26,032 nt of DNA from the NCBI GenBank assembly GCA_036172245.1, contig JAYWIR010000090.1, positions 248,001 through 274,032 on the forward strand, written 5' to 3'. The notes beneath the pieces were generated by a model that had not been told where the DNA came from, did no database searches, and worked only from the letters and a program-made list of their open reading frames with translations. Positions 23,201 through 26,032 of the stretch are shown piece by piece. Position 1 is the first letter of the stretch; every line of letters begins with the position of its first letter. The DNA comes from Raillietiella orientalis (taxonomy: Eukaryota). Made by a program: the position numbers and the translations under genes.

Positions 23201-26032
23201 AGGCTAAAGGCCTTCCAATTTCCTGATTTCAGAGGATGATCATGAAAAGTTCGAAATATCATTAGGAAGTGGCACTTTGGACTCTGTGTTGTTTTCATGG
23301 TAACCAGTGTCGTACCTAGAAGAGAAATCTTTTCCTTTGCTCTGATTCATTATGTGGTAGAAATTTGCAGCTTTTCAAGTTTTGTAATCAATTCGAAATG
23401 AAGTGATTTCACCATTCCAGGTCTGCTCCTCTTCACGAAGGATCTATTTGCAGTTAGTGGCAAATTGCCGTCATAGAGAGCCTCAACGCCTTCCAATTTC
23501 CTGATTTCAGAGGATGATCATGAAGAGTTCGAAATATCATTAGAAAGTGGCACTTTGTACTCTGTGTGGTTTTCAGGGTAACCAGTGTCGTACCTAGAAG
23601 AGGAATCTTTTCCTTCCCTCTTTTTCATTATGTGGTAGAAATTTGCAACTTTTGAAGTTTTGTAATCAATTCGAAATCAGAAGATTTCACCATTCCAGGT
23701 TTGCTCCTCTTCACGAAGGATCTATTTGCAGTGAGTGGCATATTCGCGTCATGGACAGGCTAAAGGCCTTCCAATTTCCTGATTTCAGAGGATGATCATG
23801 AAAAGTTCGAAATTTCATTAGGGCGTGTCACTTTGGATTCTGTGTTGTTTTCATGGTAAACAGTGTCGTACCTAGAAGAGGAATCTTTTCTTCCGCTCTT
23901 ATTCATGATGTGGTAGAAATTTGCAACTTTTCAGGTTTTCTAATCAATTCGAATTCAGGGGATTTAAACATTGCGCTTTTGCGCTGCTTCACGTGACATC
24001 TATTTGCAGAGAGTGGAAAATTCCCGTCATGGAGAGGCTCAAGGCTTTCCAATTTCCTGAATTCAGAGGATGATTAAGAAGAGTTGGAAATTAGATTAGG
24101 GCGTGGCACTTTGTACTCTGTGTTGTTTTCGCGGCAACCAGTGTCGTACCTAGAAGGGGAATCTTTTCCTTTCCTCTGATTCATGATGTGGTAGAAATTT
24201 GCATCCTTTCAGGCTTTGTAATCAATTCGAATTCAGGGGATTTAAACATTGCGCTTTTGCGCTGCTTCACGTGACATCTATTTGCAGAGAGTGGAAAATT
24301 CCCGTCATGGAGAGGCTCAAGGCTTTCCAATTTCCTGAATTCAGAGGATGATTAAGAAGAGTTGGAAATTAGATTAGGGCGTGGCACTTTGGTCTCTCTG
24401 TTGTTTTCATGGCAACCAGTGTCGTACCTAGAAGGGGAATCCTTTCCGTTGCTCTGATTCATTATGTGGTAGAAATTTGCAACTTTTCAAGTTTTGTAAT
24501 CAATTCGAAATCAGAAGATTTAAGCATTGCACTTTTGCGCTTCTTCACGAAGCATCTATTTGCAGTAAGTGGCAAATTCCCGTCATGGAAGGGCTCAAGA
24601 GCTTTCTATTTCTTTATTTGAGAGGATGATTAGGAAGAGTTCGAAATTTCATTACGCCGTGGCACTTTGTACTCTGTTTTGTATTCTCGGCAACCAGTGT
24701 CGTACCTACAAGACGAATCTTTTCCTTTGCTCTGATTCATTATGTGGTAGAAATTTTCAACTTTTGAAGTCTTGTAATCAATTCGAAATCAGGGGATTTT
24801 AGCATTGCACTTTTGCGCTTCTTCACAAAGGATCCATTTGCAGTAAGTGGCGAATTCCCATCGGGGAGAGGCTGAAGACCTTCCAATTTCCTGATTTCAG
24901 AGGATGATTAGGAAGAGTTCGAAATTTCATTACGCCGTGGCACTTTGTACTCTGTGTTGTTTTCATGGTAACCAGTGTCGTACCTAGAAGAGGAATCTTT
25001 TCCTTTGCTCTGATTCATTATGTGGTAGAAATTTGCAAATTTTCAAGTTTTGTAATTAATTGGAAATCAGGGGATTTCACCATTCCAGGTTTGCTCCTCT
25101 TCACGAAGCATCTGTTTGAAGTGAGTGGCAAATTCGCGTCATGGATAGGCTCAATGCCTTCCAAGTTGCTGATTTCAGAGGATGATTAAGAAGAGTTCGA
25201 AATTTAATTAGGAAGTGGCACTTTGAATTCTGTGTTGTTTTCATGGTAACCAGTGTCGTACCTAGAAGGGGAATCTTTTCCTTTGCTCTGATTCATTATG
25301 TGGTAGAAATTTGCAACTTTTCAAGTTTCGTTATCAATTCGAAATCAGGGGATTTAACCATTGCACTTTTGGGCTGCTTCACGTAACATCTATTTGCAGT
25401 GAGTGGCAAATTCCCGTCATGGAGAGGCTCAAGGCTTTCCGATTTCCTGAATTCAGAGGATGATTATGAAGATCTGGAAATTAGATTAGGGCGTGGCACT
25501 TTGGTCTCTCGGTATTTTTCATGGTAACCTGTGTCGTACCTAGAAGGGGAATCTTTTCCGTTGCCCTGATTCATTATGTGGTAGAAATTTGCAAATTTTC
25601 AAGTTTTGTAATGAATTCGAAATCAGGGGATTTAACCATTGCACTTTTGCGCTTCTTCACGAAGCATCCATTTGCAGTGAGTGTCAAATTCCCATCATGG
25701 AAGGGCTCAAGAGCTTCCTATTTCTTGATTTCAGAGCATGATTAAGAAGAGCTGGAAATTAGATTAGGCCGTGGCACTTTGGATTCTGTTTTGTTTTCAT
25801 TGTAACCAGTGTCGTACCTAGAAGAGGAATCTTTTCCTTTGCTCTGTTTCATTATGTGGTAGAAATTTGCAAATTTTCAAGTTTTGTAATGAATTCGAAA
25901 TCAGGGGATTTAACCATTGCACTTTTGCGCTTCTTCACGAAGCATCCATTTGCAGTGAGTGTCAAATTCCCATCATGGAAGGGCTCAAGAGCTTCCTATT
26001 TCTTGATTTCAGAGCATGATTAAGAAGAGCTG
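19997..26032. repeat. 6,036-bp near-identical direct copy of positions 1-6036 (period 19,996 bp = 72 monomers)
   Basis: TCCTTCGCTGTGATTCATG at 1 matches 19997, including the private 1-bp insertion AATTTAGAAATC. The window end GAAGAGCTG matches the sequence ending at 6036. Confidence 0.95.
20796..25242. repeat. 16-monomer HOR copy (4,447 bp), equivalent to 800-5246
   Basis: The monomer order is the same and the ORF translations are identical at offset 19,996 (1078/21074, 2160/22156, 4969/24965). ORFs 21074 and 25521 are 4,447 bp apart. Confidence 0.95.

Larger units (their letters stand above)
1..26032. repeat. Tandem satellite DNA array, 278-bp monomer, about 93.7 copies, head-to-tail in one orientation
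   Basis: The motif ATGGTAACCAGTGTCGTACCTAGAAG and its variants recur at 244, 522, 800, 1078, 1356, 1634 ... 25521 and 25799. Spacing is 278 bp, with some 277-bp units and single 276-, 269- and 279-bp units. No unique sequence interrupts the array. Confidence 0.99.

Noticed and set aside
1078..25745. Dozens of 62-175-aa ORFs (MVTSVVPRRGIF... family and others) as a tandem small-protein gene family
   Set aside because: They follow the 278-bp unit, which is not a multiple of 3. They open in several frames on both strands and are broken by stops in many monomers. There is no distinct intergenic sequence.
1..26032. CRISPR array or recombination-cassette (integron- or shufflon-like) array
   Set aside because: The sequence between the conserved boxes is homologous in every unit, so there are no unique spacers or cargo. 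No cas, integrase or reverse transcriptase gene is present.
1..26032. Tandem 5S rRNA, tRNA, snRNA or spliced-leader gene array
   Set aside because: I see no recognisable RNA gene sequence, cloverleaf or gene-versus-spacer contrast. An Rfam/Infernal scan would settle it.

Overview
The whole 26,032-bp window is one uninterrupted, single-orientation, AT-rich tandem satellite array with a 278-bp monomer (92 complete monomers plus two partial ones). It contains no credible gene, RNA gene, transposon or CRISPR array, and the listed ORFs are by-products of the repeat. This looks like eukaryotic satellite DNA; a centromeric or heterochromatic role is inferred, and I cannot name the family or species. 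The array is hierarchical. Near-identical higher-order repeats (HORs) of 16 monomers (4,447 bp) and 18 monomers (5,003 bp) run from 800 to about 11,050. An indel-rich junction follows, then a more diverged block (11,351-20,239) holding relics of 6-mer, 2-mer and 9-mer periodicities. Above these sits a 72-monomer, 19,996-bp period: 1-6036 recurs at 19,997-26,032. Each monomer hides a degenerate palindrome of about 180 bp, and one minus-strand frame weakly resembles leucine-rich repeats. All comparisons were made by eye. Monomer letters (A-S, Z) are my own labels, with each monomer starting at the ATGGTAACC motif.
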